Shown piece by piece: positions 8,628 to 15,706 of a DNA stretch of 46,662 nucleotides; positions within the stretch are counted from its first letter, which is position 1, and each line of letters starts with the position of its first letter. The notes beneath the pieces were generated by a model, which saw only the letters and a program-made list of their open reading frames with translations, had not been told where the DNA came from and did no database searches. The stretch lies in NCBI GenBank assembly GCA_046760905.1, contig JBHIFB010000004.1, positions 1 through 46,662 on the forward strand. Direction: 5' to 3'. The stretch comes from Candidatus Glassbacteria bacterium. GTDB lineage: Bacteria; Gemmatimonadota; CAZMKB01. The position numbers and the translations under genes were made by a program.

Positions 8628-9215
8628 TCACTTTATTGAGCCACGATTGAGACTACCGATAACTTGCCTTATTCTCTCTCTTACCTTTCTATAATCAATT
8701 CTTGCCCAGGCTTCCAGGAGAGGAATATACTTTTGGTCACCCGTTTCCTCTACTTTATCTAGTAACAACAGGATCATATCTCTCGCTCTATCCTTCAGGA
8801 AATTCATGTGATAAGGGCCGCTGCTTGTTGCAAGCATCTTGTCAAATTCTTGAAGTAACTCTTTAGCATACGTTTCTCTCTCTATCTCCCATCCTCGTTC
8901 GGAGTAGCACAGCAAAGGCAACCGATAATCATACTCGATTCTAAGATACCCATTGACTATAACCCAATCGATCCTGGCGAGGATCTCTTTGATGGTAAGT
9001 TGGGCGTAATATCCATAAGCTGGATTTGTATTTAAACCAAGCTCCAGCACCTTCCTCGCTCGCGACCCCTTCAAGACTTTCGCCAGCAGTGACCTACCGC
9101 CGCTCATAATCAAGTCATCAGCAGCTCGAAGAATGGCGGCTATTTCTTGGTGGGTCAGGCTTTCTATCCCACCTGTGTTCAGGGAATATCTTACACGGCT
9201 TGCCTTTCTACTCAT
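8628..9215 (-). CDS. Stand-alone RQC (RecQ C-terminal winged helix) domain protein
   Basis: GGRSLLAKVLKGSRARKV...NPAYG...IDWVIVNGYLRIEYDYRLPLLCYSERG resembles the RQC winged helix. GGGAG RBS upstream. Confidence 0.8.
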   Translation of the reverse strand: MSRKASRVRYSLNTGGIESLTHQEIAAILRAADDLIMSGGRSLLAKVLKGSRARKVLELGLNTNPAYGYYAQLTIKEILARIDWVIVNGYLRIEYDYRLPLLCYSERGWEIERETYAKELLQEFDKMLATSSGPYHMNFLKDRARDMILLLLDKVEETGDQKYIPLLEAWARIDYRKVRERIRQVIGSLNRGSIK

Positions 9216-9261
9216 TTGACTCCCTATTTATCACTGTTGTTGCTTCACCTACGATTGGTCC

Positions 9262-9327
9262 GCATGACGCTCGAGCTAACAGTTGGCACAGCCTTTTGCG
9301 CCATCCGTTTTGAGTGACTTTTTATGT
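9262..9327 (-). repeat. Degenerate attC site (66 bp)
   Basis: Minus strand ACATAAA-AAGTCACTCAAAACGGATGGCGCAAAAGGCTGTGCCAACTGTTAGCTCGAGC-GTCATGC. Both core boxes deviate in the invariant AAC/GTT triplet; palindromic centre TGGCGCA...TGTGCCA. Confidence 0.65.
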
Positions 9328-9422
9328 GTTTTCAATATATAATGTAATTAATATATAACAGGGCGAATGGACATATGTGAACGTTAGTAGTATTGTAATA
9401 AGACCCTGAACTTTTTCAATTG

Positions 9423-9786
9423 TTAGATGTCAATTGATTCTCTATTTTGCAAAATAACGCATTTCGCCCCTGTTTTTTCCACTTCCTCTTTGAACATCTC
9501 CACATCAGCAGGATTGTATTTCCTCGTGAAAAATGCCGGACAATCGATATTTCTCACCATTGTTCTATTGCAAAATAAAGGAGCATTGGATGTATCTGCT
9601 ATCCTGTCGGTATGCCAATAATGATCAGGATCGCCGTGAGTCACAAAGATGTGCGTGATATCGTGCCATTCAGATTTTGGGATCAGAGTCTTAAATCTAA
9701 AAAAATAACGCTCCCGGATCGATCGCGATTTTTTTACCGCCTGATTCAATGATGAAAGCATTATAGAGGTAGTGTGTGATTTTCAT
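9423..9786 (-). pseudogene. MBL-fold metallo-hydrolase (UlaG-like) pseudogene: frameshift plus probable internal deletion
   Basis: True start is ATG at 9786 with a GGAGA RBS: MKITHYLYNAFIIESGGKKIAIDPGALFF. Frameshift in a T-run near 9700, then ...THIFVTHGDPDHYW...VRNID joined to C-terminal CPAFFTRKYNPAD...ESIDI. About 120 codons in all, roughly half an MBL domain. The stop overlaps ATCTAAC. Confidence 0.75.
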
Positions 9787-9854
9787 TTAAAGATTCTCTC
9801 CATATATATAATATAAAAGCTTCCGTCTCCGCCAAATGCAAGTATTCCAAAAAC

Positions 9855-9937
9855 ACATAACGGACTGGCGCTAAACTGCACTCAGGGTGGCGCGGGGGTT
9901 GCTTCTCGCAGGCCCTGCGACACCCGAATGTGTCAGC
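9855..9937 (-). repeat. attC site, R'' end lost
   Basis: Minus strand GCTGAC...GGGTGTCGCAGGGCCTGCGAGAAGCAACCCCCGCGCCACCC...CAGTTTAGCGCCAGTCC-GTTATGT. Imperfect palindrome ending in a GTT core box; 61/83 identical (ungapped) to 12747-12829. Confidence 0.75.
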
Positions 9938-9946
9938 TTCTGATAA

Positions 9947-10042
9947 TCACCGTTTAATTTGACTGATCTTCTGAGTTAGCTCTCTGTGCTATGAAACAGC
10001 TTGTCTTAGCTTAACAAAGGCGTGAACTATAATATTGTTCAC
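9947..10042 (-). pseudogene. Remnant resembling the C-terminal helix of ORF6N-domain proteins
   Basis: Manual translation VNNIIVHAFVKLRQAVS*HRELTQKISQIKR versus the recalled consensus VNIxIxRAFVKLRxxLxSHKELxxKLxxLE. One in-frame stop. Confidence 0.5.
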
Positions 10043-10140
10043 GATAACTACTTGGGTGACTATCGTTTCGTGGCCAGGGAAGAGAAGACTCGCAAGCCTA
10101 AATGCTAGATAGCCAAAAGATCAAATTGTCAAAAAGACGC

Positions 10141-10584
10141 CTAGAATTTTATGAAAGTAGCCCTATCTATGGTGTGGTTTCCACTCTTTTCCTGTTTAGG
10201 CCACTTCCATGCATACCAGACAACCAGAGAAGTGAACACGAGGTATACAATTGACCAAAATGTCTCATAAGCGGAAAATGACCATAGAAAAAGAGTCAAG
10301 CCCAAAAAAAACAGATCAAACGCAACAAAGAATATGCCTGTGGTGAGGTTTGCCCAGCGAATCGCGGGGTACTTCAACGTCAGAGTCAGGAAACTCATAA
10401 GAATCGGAACCGCAAATATTATGGACATTAACAGCAATAATTCATTGGTTACTTGTACAGCTGTGGTTCCGGCTACGATGTTCTTTAGCGCCACCGGATC
10501 ATGTAAGCGCGTCGAATCCCCCTGTAAACCACTTAACATTCGAGCTGCCCATAACGCTGAAAGCTTTATCTTCACATCTTTCAT
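10141..10584 (-). CDS. DUF6326-like four-TM membrane protein
   Basis: MKDVKIKLSALW...PILMSFLTLTLKYPAIRWAN...VVWYAWKWP pattern; AAGGAG RBS. Confidence 0.75.
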   Translation of the reverse strand: MKDVKIKLSALWAARMLSGLQGDSTRLHDPVALKNIVAGTTAVQVTNELLLLMSIIFAVPILMSFLTLTLKYPAIRWANLTTGIFFVAFDLFFLGLTLFLWSFSAYETFWSIVYLVFTSLVVWYAWKWPKQEKSGNHTIDRATFIKF

Positions 10585-10609
10585 AATTAAATCTCCTTTG
10601 CTTCAACCA

Positions 10610-10654
10610 CAAAAGCTGTAACAGGTGGATCGTCAGCTTGAACGGCGTTTAGGC
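10610..10654 (-). repeat. Truncated attC site (left arm only)
   Basis: 4 bp after the ester cyclase stop: GCCTAAACGCCGTTCAAGCTGACGATCCACCTGTTACAGCTTTTG. An R''-like box plus the AAGCTGAC L'' region; it supplies the end missing from 9855-9937 and 12747-12829. Confidence 0.6.
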
Positions 10655-10658
10655 GAGA

Positions 10659-11174
10659 TTACTCCTTGTCATCTCCCAAAACCCGGATTGCTCCGGACTC
10701 AAGGAGCGGGGCGAAGAGATTTGCTGCTCCTCCATGTTCCACGATACGGCCATCGATAACCTTATCTATGTTCACGCCGGTGAACTCAAGGGGCTTGCCA
10801 GTGGGTGCTGTTCCAAGCCATTCGTCTATGTGGGTCCCTCGCGTCGTAATACGGGTGACCACCCAATCTCCTTCCCCGATCTGTTGCTCCACAGTCACGT
10901 GAAGATCGGGAAATGCCCGACGCACTCCAAGGACATGTTCCTTCGCACCTTCCAATCCGATGGGATGGACGGTGTTCCGGTACACCTCGACGTAATCCGG
11001 AGAGATGAAGGCGGGTAATTTATCCACGTCTCCTGTATTGACTACTTCCTCGATGAAGCGGCGAACGATCCTTTTGTTGCTTTCTACAACATCATTTGAA
11101 TCACCCGGACAGCCGGCGAAGAGAGACGACGCCGTGAAGATCGCTAGAAACCTGAGCCAAGATGTCCTATTCAT
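10659..11174 (-). CDS. Ester cyclase / SnoaL-like (NTF2-fold) protein with a lipoprotein signal peptide
   Basis: NKRIVRRFIEEVVNTGD, AFPDLHVTVEQQIGEGDWV, RGTH..EWLG.APTGK and DGRIVEH motifs; lipobox LFAG-C; AAGGAG RBS. Confidence 0.85.
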   Translation of the reverse strand: MNRTSWLRFLAIFTASSLFAGCPGDSNDVVESNKRIVRRFIEEVVNTGDVDKLPAFISPDYVEVYRNTVHPIGLEGAKEHVLGVRRAFPDLHVTVEQQIGEGDWVVTRITTRGTHIDEWLGTAPTGKPLEFTGVNIDKVIDGRIVEHGGAANLFAPLLESGAIRVLGDDKE

Positions 11175-11203
11175 CGCTCCTTTGCTCGTCTGGAAGTACT
11201 CGC

Positions 11204-11282
11204 ACCTAACAGGCCGGTGATGAGCGACAGGCGGGTGCGCAAACGTGCTCGTTCGTCCGCCTCATCGGATCAGCAGTTCAGC
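11204..11282 (-). repeat. attC site (79 bp), best preserved in the array
   Basis: Minus strand GCTGAAC...CCGATGAGGCGGAC...GTCGCTCATCACCGG..GTTAGGT. R' is a perfect GTTRRRY, the upstream ORF stop (TGA) lies inside R'', and the interior is palindromic. Confidence 0.65.
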
Positions 11283-11445
11283 GGTGCTGCCAGCCGCACA
11301 AGCACCATGCCATTTCCTCGTTGGACTCATCGCAAAAGTCTTCATCCTTAACCGTGAGTTCCATGACGCTTTTGCGCGCCATCGGCTTGAGACTTTGCGG
11401 CAGAACGCCAGCTAGCTCCGTACGCTTGGAGTCGGCAAGGGCCAT
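11278..11445 (-). CDS. 55-aa cassette ORF or 3' remnant of a gene
   Basis: MALADSKRTELAGVLPQSLKPMARKSVMELTVKDEDFCDESNEEMAWCLCGWQHR*. Lies between two attC-like sites with its stop overlapping R''. No clear RBS. Confidence 0.35.
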   Translation of the reverse strand: MALADSKRTELAGVLPQSLKPMARKSVMELTVKDEDFCDESNEEMAWCLCGWQHR

Positions 11446-11481
11446 ACAGTCAAAGTAGATGATCTTATGCAGTTATAAATA

Positions 11482-11519
11482 GCATAACGCCATGAATGTC
11501 ATGTTAAGCGGCGTTAGAA
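11482..11519 (-). repeat. Collapsed attC-like site (38 bp)
   Basis: Minus strand TTCTAAC-GCCGCTTAACATGACATTCATGGC-GTTATGC. Both core boxes are present but the interior is shorter than a functional attC. Confidence 0.45.
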
Positions 11520-11578
11520 TAGATTAATATGTATATGAAATTATAACAAATAAAGAACGTCGCACACAAGTAAAAATA

Positions 11579-12217
11579 CTAGAAACGAATTCCTGCAATA
11601 ATTGGCAAATAGGAAACTTCTAATTCCGATCTATCGAAGACGATTCTCCCCTCGAGGAAAGGAATAAAATTCTTTGAAAAAGAAAGATCAGTTCCGATTG
11701 TGTAGCTTAAAAATAATCCATCAGAAAGTTCGCCAAGACTATCGACGGTTCTAGTAAAGATTTCACTACTATCCACTCTGCCGACTGTAATTTTCATAGT
11801 GCTAGCACTCTCAAAATAAAATCCTATTCCCGATTTGATGTAAGGATGTAGAAGACCATTAGATTGATTGGGGGTATATTTAAACTCGAAAATAGAACAT
11901 ATAGATCTTTTGGTTTCATCAACTTCCAAGACACTAGAGAACTCATCAACTGTTAAATTTAATCCTCCGATATATCGAAACTGGGTATAAGAAGTAGATC
12001 CGATAAGAGCTATTCTGTCATTCAATTGAAAACCAATACCAGCACCAAATGAGGGACCAGGAGTCCAATCGTGCCCAAGCCTCCCATCGAGAGGTAACCA
12101 ATAACCAGAGTATGCAATGAAGAAAGTATTAGAAAAGGGATTACTGATAAGCTGGCACGGCAATAGCAGGGAGAGAAGGGCTCCGGTAAGAAACGAGATT
12201 GAAGGAGAGGCTTTCAT
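11579..12217 (-). CDS. Outer-membrane beta-barrel protein (small 8-stranded type)
   Basis: Signal peptide, alternating amphipathic strands (FGAGIGFQ, PYIKSGIGFY, PFLEGR), terminal AGIRF BAM-type signal. Visibly AT-rich. Confidence 0.8.
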   Translation of the reverse strand: MKASPSISFLTGALLSLLLPCQLISNPFSNTFFIAYSGYWLPLDGRLGHDWTPGPSFGAGIGFQLNDRIALIGSTSYTQFRYIGGLNLTVDEFSSVLEVDETKRSICSIFEFKYTPNQSNGLLHPYIKSGIGFYFESASTMKITVGRVDSSEIFTRTVDSLGELSDGLFLSYTIGTDLSFSKNFIPFLEGRIVFDRSELEVSYLPIIAGIRF

Positions 12218-12286
12218 GATTCCACCGGGTAACTAGAATAATGGTAAGCGTCAGCATGTTTCAATTCTAAAAGATTATACCATTCA

Positions 12287-12410
12287 TTAAATTAAGATGT
12301 TGCAAGGTGAAGCAGCAAGGGTGATCTTTCCATCACGCCAGGATTTGAAAAGGAGGACCAGAAAAGAATATACCAGAAATGAAGACATTGGTAGCCAGGA
12401 TAACTCTCAC
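12287..12410 (-). pseudogene. PIN-domain (VapC-like) toxin remnant
   Basis: GTG overlaps the antitoxin stop (GTGA): MRVILATNVFISGIFFSGPPFQIL, frameshift, SWRDGKITLAASP, then truncation. The catalytic Asp of the LDTNV motif reads Ala (GCT). Confidence 0.8.
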
Positions 12411-12670
12411 TTGGTTTTTCTCGCTTCCGTCCTTGCCTTACTAATATCTGATCGCTTCAACCCAACTTTCCGAGCCTGCCTCCGAGCTTTGGTAATGAGA
12501 TCATCGAAATCTTTCGTTGAGGGGGGAGCTAGTAACTTGAGAATCACAACATCCCGATCCCCAATTACAACAAATTGAGAACCTGTTTTCAGACCGAGAC
12601 GTTTCCTGATTTCTTCAGGAATTACAACTTGTCCCTTTGAAGACATTTTCGTGGTTGAGAGATGAGTCAT
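12407..12670 (-). CDS. AbrB/MazE/SpoVT family antitoxin
   Basis: TTKMSSKGQVVIPEEIRKRLGLKTG swapped-hairpin motif; AAGGAGG RBS; coupled to the PIN remnant. Confidence 0.9.
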   Translation of the reverse strand: MTHLSTTKMSSKGQVVIPEEIRKRLGLKTGSQFVVIGDRDVVILKLLAPPSTKDFDDLITKARRQARKVGLKRSDISKARTEARKTK

Positions 12671-12685
12671 GCTTCCTCCTTATAA

Positions 12686-12699
12686 TCTTACTAGTAAGA
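12686..12699. promoter_or_regulatory. Probable antitoxin operator
   Basis: Perfect 14-bp palindrome TCTTACTAGTAAGA just upstream of the antitoxin RBS, overlapping a candidate -10 (minus strand TTGATA-17-TACTCT). Confidence 0.55.
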
Positions 12700-12746
12700 G
12701 TATTATATTTATATGATAATATCAAGTATTGTTTAACCGAAGGTCA

Positions 12747-12829
12747 GTCTAACGCCATGGCGATAAGCTGCAGCGAGTGTGGCGCGGGTGTTGCTCATCG
12801 CAAGGCTCGTGACACCCTAAGGTGTCAGC
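12747..12829 (-). repeat. attC site, R'' end lost
   Basis: Ends in GTTAGAC (perfect GTTRRRY) ahead of the TA cassette; imperfect palindrome; 61/83 identical to 9855-9937. Confidence 0.75.
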
Positions 12830-12913
12830 AAGAAGTCCTAACTTTCAAGATTCCCAATAACCCCGAGCAAGACAATACCTTACAAGGAAGGGTAGTATTA
12901 ATTCTTATTTTGT

Positions 12914-12942
12914 ATAATATCATTTCAATTGATATCTGTCAA
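12914..12942 (-). promoter_or_regulatory. Near-consensus sigma70 promoter pointing into the cassette array
   Basis: Minus strand TTGACA-17 bp-TATTAT with an extended TGn. Confidence 0.6.
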
Positions 12943-13195
12943 GCTCCTGCTTCCTGAGACTTTTCTTGCAATTAAAGAGTTTTAATAATAATCTTAGTTA
13001 AAATAGATCATTACAATCATGGATACTTGATGAAGATCAACGGTTATCTTGTTATGAGATTATGGATCTTGTTTAGCCGTTTTAGTGACGCTACTGCGAT
13101 TTTAATTGAGGATGTCCTTCTAAAAACGGTATGTGATACGCCTGAATCACAGAAGGAATGTGCCTTTAATAATCATGTGTAAAGGAGGGAGAACT

Positions 13196-13771
13196 GTGAC
13201 CGAACTTCCTACAGACAGTGAGGGGGCGATGGCGCTACTCATGCAGCACGTCAATCAGCCAAACCTCATCAAACATTGTATCGCCACTGAGGCGATAATG
13301 AGAAGGCTCGCCGAGAAGCTGGGGGCGGATGAGGAGCTCTGGGCAATGATCGGCCTCCTCCACGACCTCGATTTCGAAAAGACGAAAGAGACCCCTTCTC
13401 TACATACGAAAATCGCCACACAGATTCTCGAGGAGGAGGGCTTTTCTCCTGAGTTCACGAGGGCAATCCGGTCTCATAACGAGCAGGTCGATGGCTGGGA
13501 AAGGAGCGAGCCGGTCGATTATGCTCTGACGGCGGCCGAGAGCGTAACAGGCCTGATCGTGGCTGCCGCGCTTGTGCGGCCGGAGAAGGAGGATAGACTT
13601 GTGCATGTCAAAGTTTCATCTCTCAAGAAGAGGATGCGTGAGAAAGCCTTCGCTCGAAACGTGAACAGGGATTCGGTGAGGGAATGTGAGAAACTTGGCC
13701 TGAGCCTGGATGAGTTTCTCGAGCTGGCCCTCGATGCGATGCGGGCAATAGGCGGAGAACTTGGCCTTTAA
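13196..13771 (+). CDS. HD/HDIG domain metal-dependent phosphohydrolase
   Basis: LIKHC, GLLHDLDFE, H...AIRSHN and SSLKKRMREKAFAR motifs. Start moved to GTG 13196 behind AAGGAGG. Confidence 0.9.
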   Translation: MTELPTDSEGAMALLMQHVNQPNLIKHCIATEAIMRRLAEKLGADEELWAMIGLLHDLDFEKTKETPSLHTKIATQILEEEGFSPEFTRAIRSHNEQVDGWERSEPVDYALTAAESVTGLIVAAALVRPEKEDRLVHVKVSSLKKRMREKAFARNVNRDSVRECEKLGLSLDEFLELALDAMRAIGGELGL

Positions 13772-13950
13772 GGGCCAAGTAATAATGGGTGAAAGAGGAC
13801 ACCTGATGTCCTCGCTTGTGGACAATATCGGCGAAAATTCAAGGCATCGCTGTGACAAAGACTGTTGCAGCGATTTGGAGGAAAGACGTATCTCATTGTA
13901 ATTCCCCTGGTTATAGATTTGTAAAACTAATCATCAAAAACTCCCTCCTG

Positions 13951-13966
13951 TGGCACGTTCTATGCT
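13951..13966 (+). promoter_or_regulatory. sigma54 (-24/-12) promoter candidate
   Basis: TGGCACGTTCTATGCT has GG-N10-GC spacing and one mismatch to TGGCACG-N4-TTGCW; 35 bp before ATG 14002. Confidence 0.7.
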
Positions 13967-14001
13967 TAGGTCGAGAAGTGGTTGAAAGGTGGGAGATCAC
14001 G

Positions 14002-15519
14002 ATGAAAACACTCGTTTCCATATTAATAGCGGTGACGCTATCTTACAGCGACGGGATGGCTCTATATCCCGAGGATCTGAAAATAGATGTGTGGCTCGAC
14101 CGTGGAGACGGCGCAGTATACAACATGGGAGATCCTGTAACCGTCTATTTCAAGACGAATGCGGACTGCTTCGTCACTGTCTACAACATAGACACAGAAG
14201 GCTACATCAACATCCTGTTTCCGAGCTACCCGGGTGAGGGAAACTTTATAGAGGGCAATAAAACATATTTCGTACCTGCAAACACACACGATGATTTCTT
14301 CATCATAGATGAACCCACTGGACAGGGTTACATCGAAGCGGTAGCCTCCTCGAAACCGTTCTACCTCGAAGGGTGGCCATTTTACACTCAGAAAGGTGCT
14401 GAGGGGCATTACGCAGGCGAAGCGATCGAGAGGATAACAGGTGACCCGTTTCTCGCTATCGAGGAGATAAACAACAAGATTCTTCCCTTCGGCGAGGACA
14501 CGGAATATGTGGATGATTTCTCGGTATACTATGTTGAGGAGGTGGTAAGCTATCCACGCTATGTCTGCAATGACTGCCACGTTCCGACATACTACCATTA
14601 CGATCCTTACTACTACCCATGCACCTATGTGGACATCGTGATATTCGATTACTGGTGGTACAACAGGTGGTTCTACTGTGATTACTGGTGGGTGGATTAC
14701 TACTACTTTTACGACTACTACTACTACGCGCCGCCACCCGCGTATCTGGGAAGACGTTACACCCGGAAGTACGGTTACACAACGAAGGAGAACCGGCGCT
14801 ATACAACGAAGGGTTACCAGGACAAGGGAGGCACCGTAAGGGTGAACGATTATTACAGGGGAAAGGATGTCTTCAGAGGGGATTTCAAGAAGGCTATCGA
14901 TGTCAAGAGCAATCCTGTCGTTAACTATAAATTGCCCCAGATGCGAGATGAGGCCGGTTATGTTTCGAGCAGTGTGAAGAAACATGCACCTGCAACAGAA
15001 AGCGGCGGCGAAGGAGCCATCCTGGGAAGGAAATCCCCCTCCGGTGTGGCCGGATCCGATTACCGGCAATTGAGAGATGTGCAGAAAAAATCACCAGCCA
15101 GGGAGGAAGGCGAAACAGGTATCCAACAGAGAAGAAGGGCGACTGGCAAATCACCTCGAGCAGATAGGAGTCAGTCTCGATCCGGCGGATCTGAAATCAG
15201 GAAATCAGCCAGACCACCGGGTGATGAGGCATACAGCAGACCAGGGCGCGGTAAATCTGTCACCAGAAAAGCTCCTGCACAGGATAGGGGGAGAGGCAGG
15301 GTCGAATCCAGGGAGGAATACAGGCTGAGGGGATGGGATAGGAAAAGTGCCGGGAGTTCCAAGAGAAGCTCCGGAATATCAATCATCAAATCCCGTCCCA
15401 GGCAATCGTCGGCCCCAGGGAGCGTATCGAGGCATCGTCCGGCCTCTCGGGCAGCTTCAAAGCCCCATGGTAGATCAAGCATCTCACGTGGTTCTGGACC
15501 GAGAGTAAGAAGAAAGTAA
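14002..15519 (+). CDS. Secreted DUF4384-domain protein with CxxCH, a Tyr/Trp-rich tract and an Arg/Ser/Gly-rich disordered tail
   Basis: Start moved to ATG 14002 (GGGAG RBS, signal-like MKTLVSILIAVTLS). VWLDRGDGAVYNMGDPVTVYF...VYNIDTEGYINILFP resembles DUF4384. YPRYVCNDCH motif. Confidence 0.8.
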   Translation: MKTLVSILIAVTLSYSDGMALYPEDLKIDVWLDRGDGAVYNMGDPVTVYFKTNADCFVTVYNIDTEGYINILFPSYPGEGNFIEGNKTYFVPANTHDDFFIIDEPTGQGYIEAVASSKPFYLEGWPFYTQKGAEGHYAGEAIERITGDPFLAIEEINNKILPFGEDTEYVDDFSVYYVEEVVSYPRYVCNDCHVPTYYHYDPYYYPCTYVDIVIFDYWWYNRWFYCDYWWVDYYYFYDYYYYAPPPAYLGRRYTRKYGYTTKENRRYTTKGYQDKGGTVRVNDYYRGKDVFRGDFKKAIDVKSNPVVNYKLPQMRDEAGYVSSSVKKHAPATESGGEGAILGRKSPSGVAGSDYRQLRDVQKKSPAREEGETGIQQRRRATGKSPRADRSQSRSGGSEIRKSARPPGDEAYSRPGRGKSVTRKAPAQDRGRGRVESREEYRLRGWDRKSAGSSKRSSGISIIKSRPRQSSAPGSVSRHRPASRAASKPHGRSSISRGSGPRVRRK

Positions 15520-15564
15520 GGAAAAGAAAGAGTTGCATATCTCCCCGAGGCGGGGAGCGAGGAG

Positions 15565-15595
15565 AGGGCCATCCGAGAAGGATGGTCCTTTTTTT
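15565..15595 (+). terminator. Rho-independent terminator
   Basis: AGGGCCATCC-GAGAA-GGATGGTCCT hairpin followed by a T-run; a second hairpin at 15541-15557. Confidence 0.75.
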
Positions 15596-15706
15596 CTTCT
15601 TTCGACAATGTAAGGATAGGTTTATATTAGTTATCGAAAGTCAGTCTCCTCCAGATTTACATATGCTTCGTACCCTTTTAAATCCTGACATACAGGACGT
15701 TAAAGT

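Larger units (their letters stand above)
8453..12942 (-). mobile_element. Degenerate integron cassette array without integrase (CALIN-like island)
   Basis: All genes are short, unrelated and on the minus strand against a + strand backbone. They are separated by about seven attC-like sequences (RYYYAAC...GTTRRRY with palindromic interiors), vary visibly in AT content, and include a TA cassette. No intI in the window. Confidence 0.75.

Noticed and set aside
9353-9428. Possible additional attC after the MBL pseudogene (ATCTAAC...GTTATAT)
   Set aside because: Core-like boxes are present but the interior is not convincingly palindromic in AT-rich sequence.
10021-10043. Palindrome CGTGAAC-N9-GTTCACG as a LexA/SOS box
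   Set aside because: The spacing does not fit GAAC-N4-GTTC, and it lies inside the ORF6N-like remnant.
12297-12957. + strand ORFs 12297-12578 and 12637-12957
   Set aside because: Antisense shadows of the TA cassette and the attC site; no protein motifs.
13816-14001. 62-codon N-terminal extension of the DUF4384 ORF
   Set aside because: It contains the sigma54 motif; the RBS and signal-like sequence fit ATG 14002.
14640-14730. TAC-rich short repeats and a duplicated GATTACTGGTGG as a CRISPR or VNTR
   Set aside because: Explained by Tyr/Trp codons; no repeat-spacer periodicity and no cas genes.
14062-15069. 335-aa antisense ORF with Val-rich runs
   Set aside because: Mirror of the TAC-rich Tyr tract on the coding strand.
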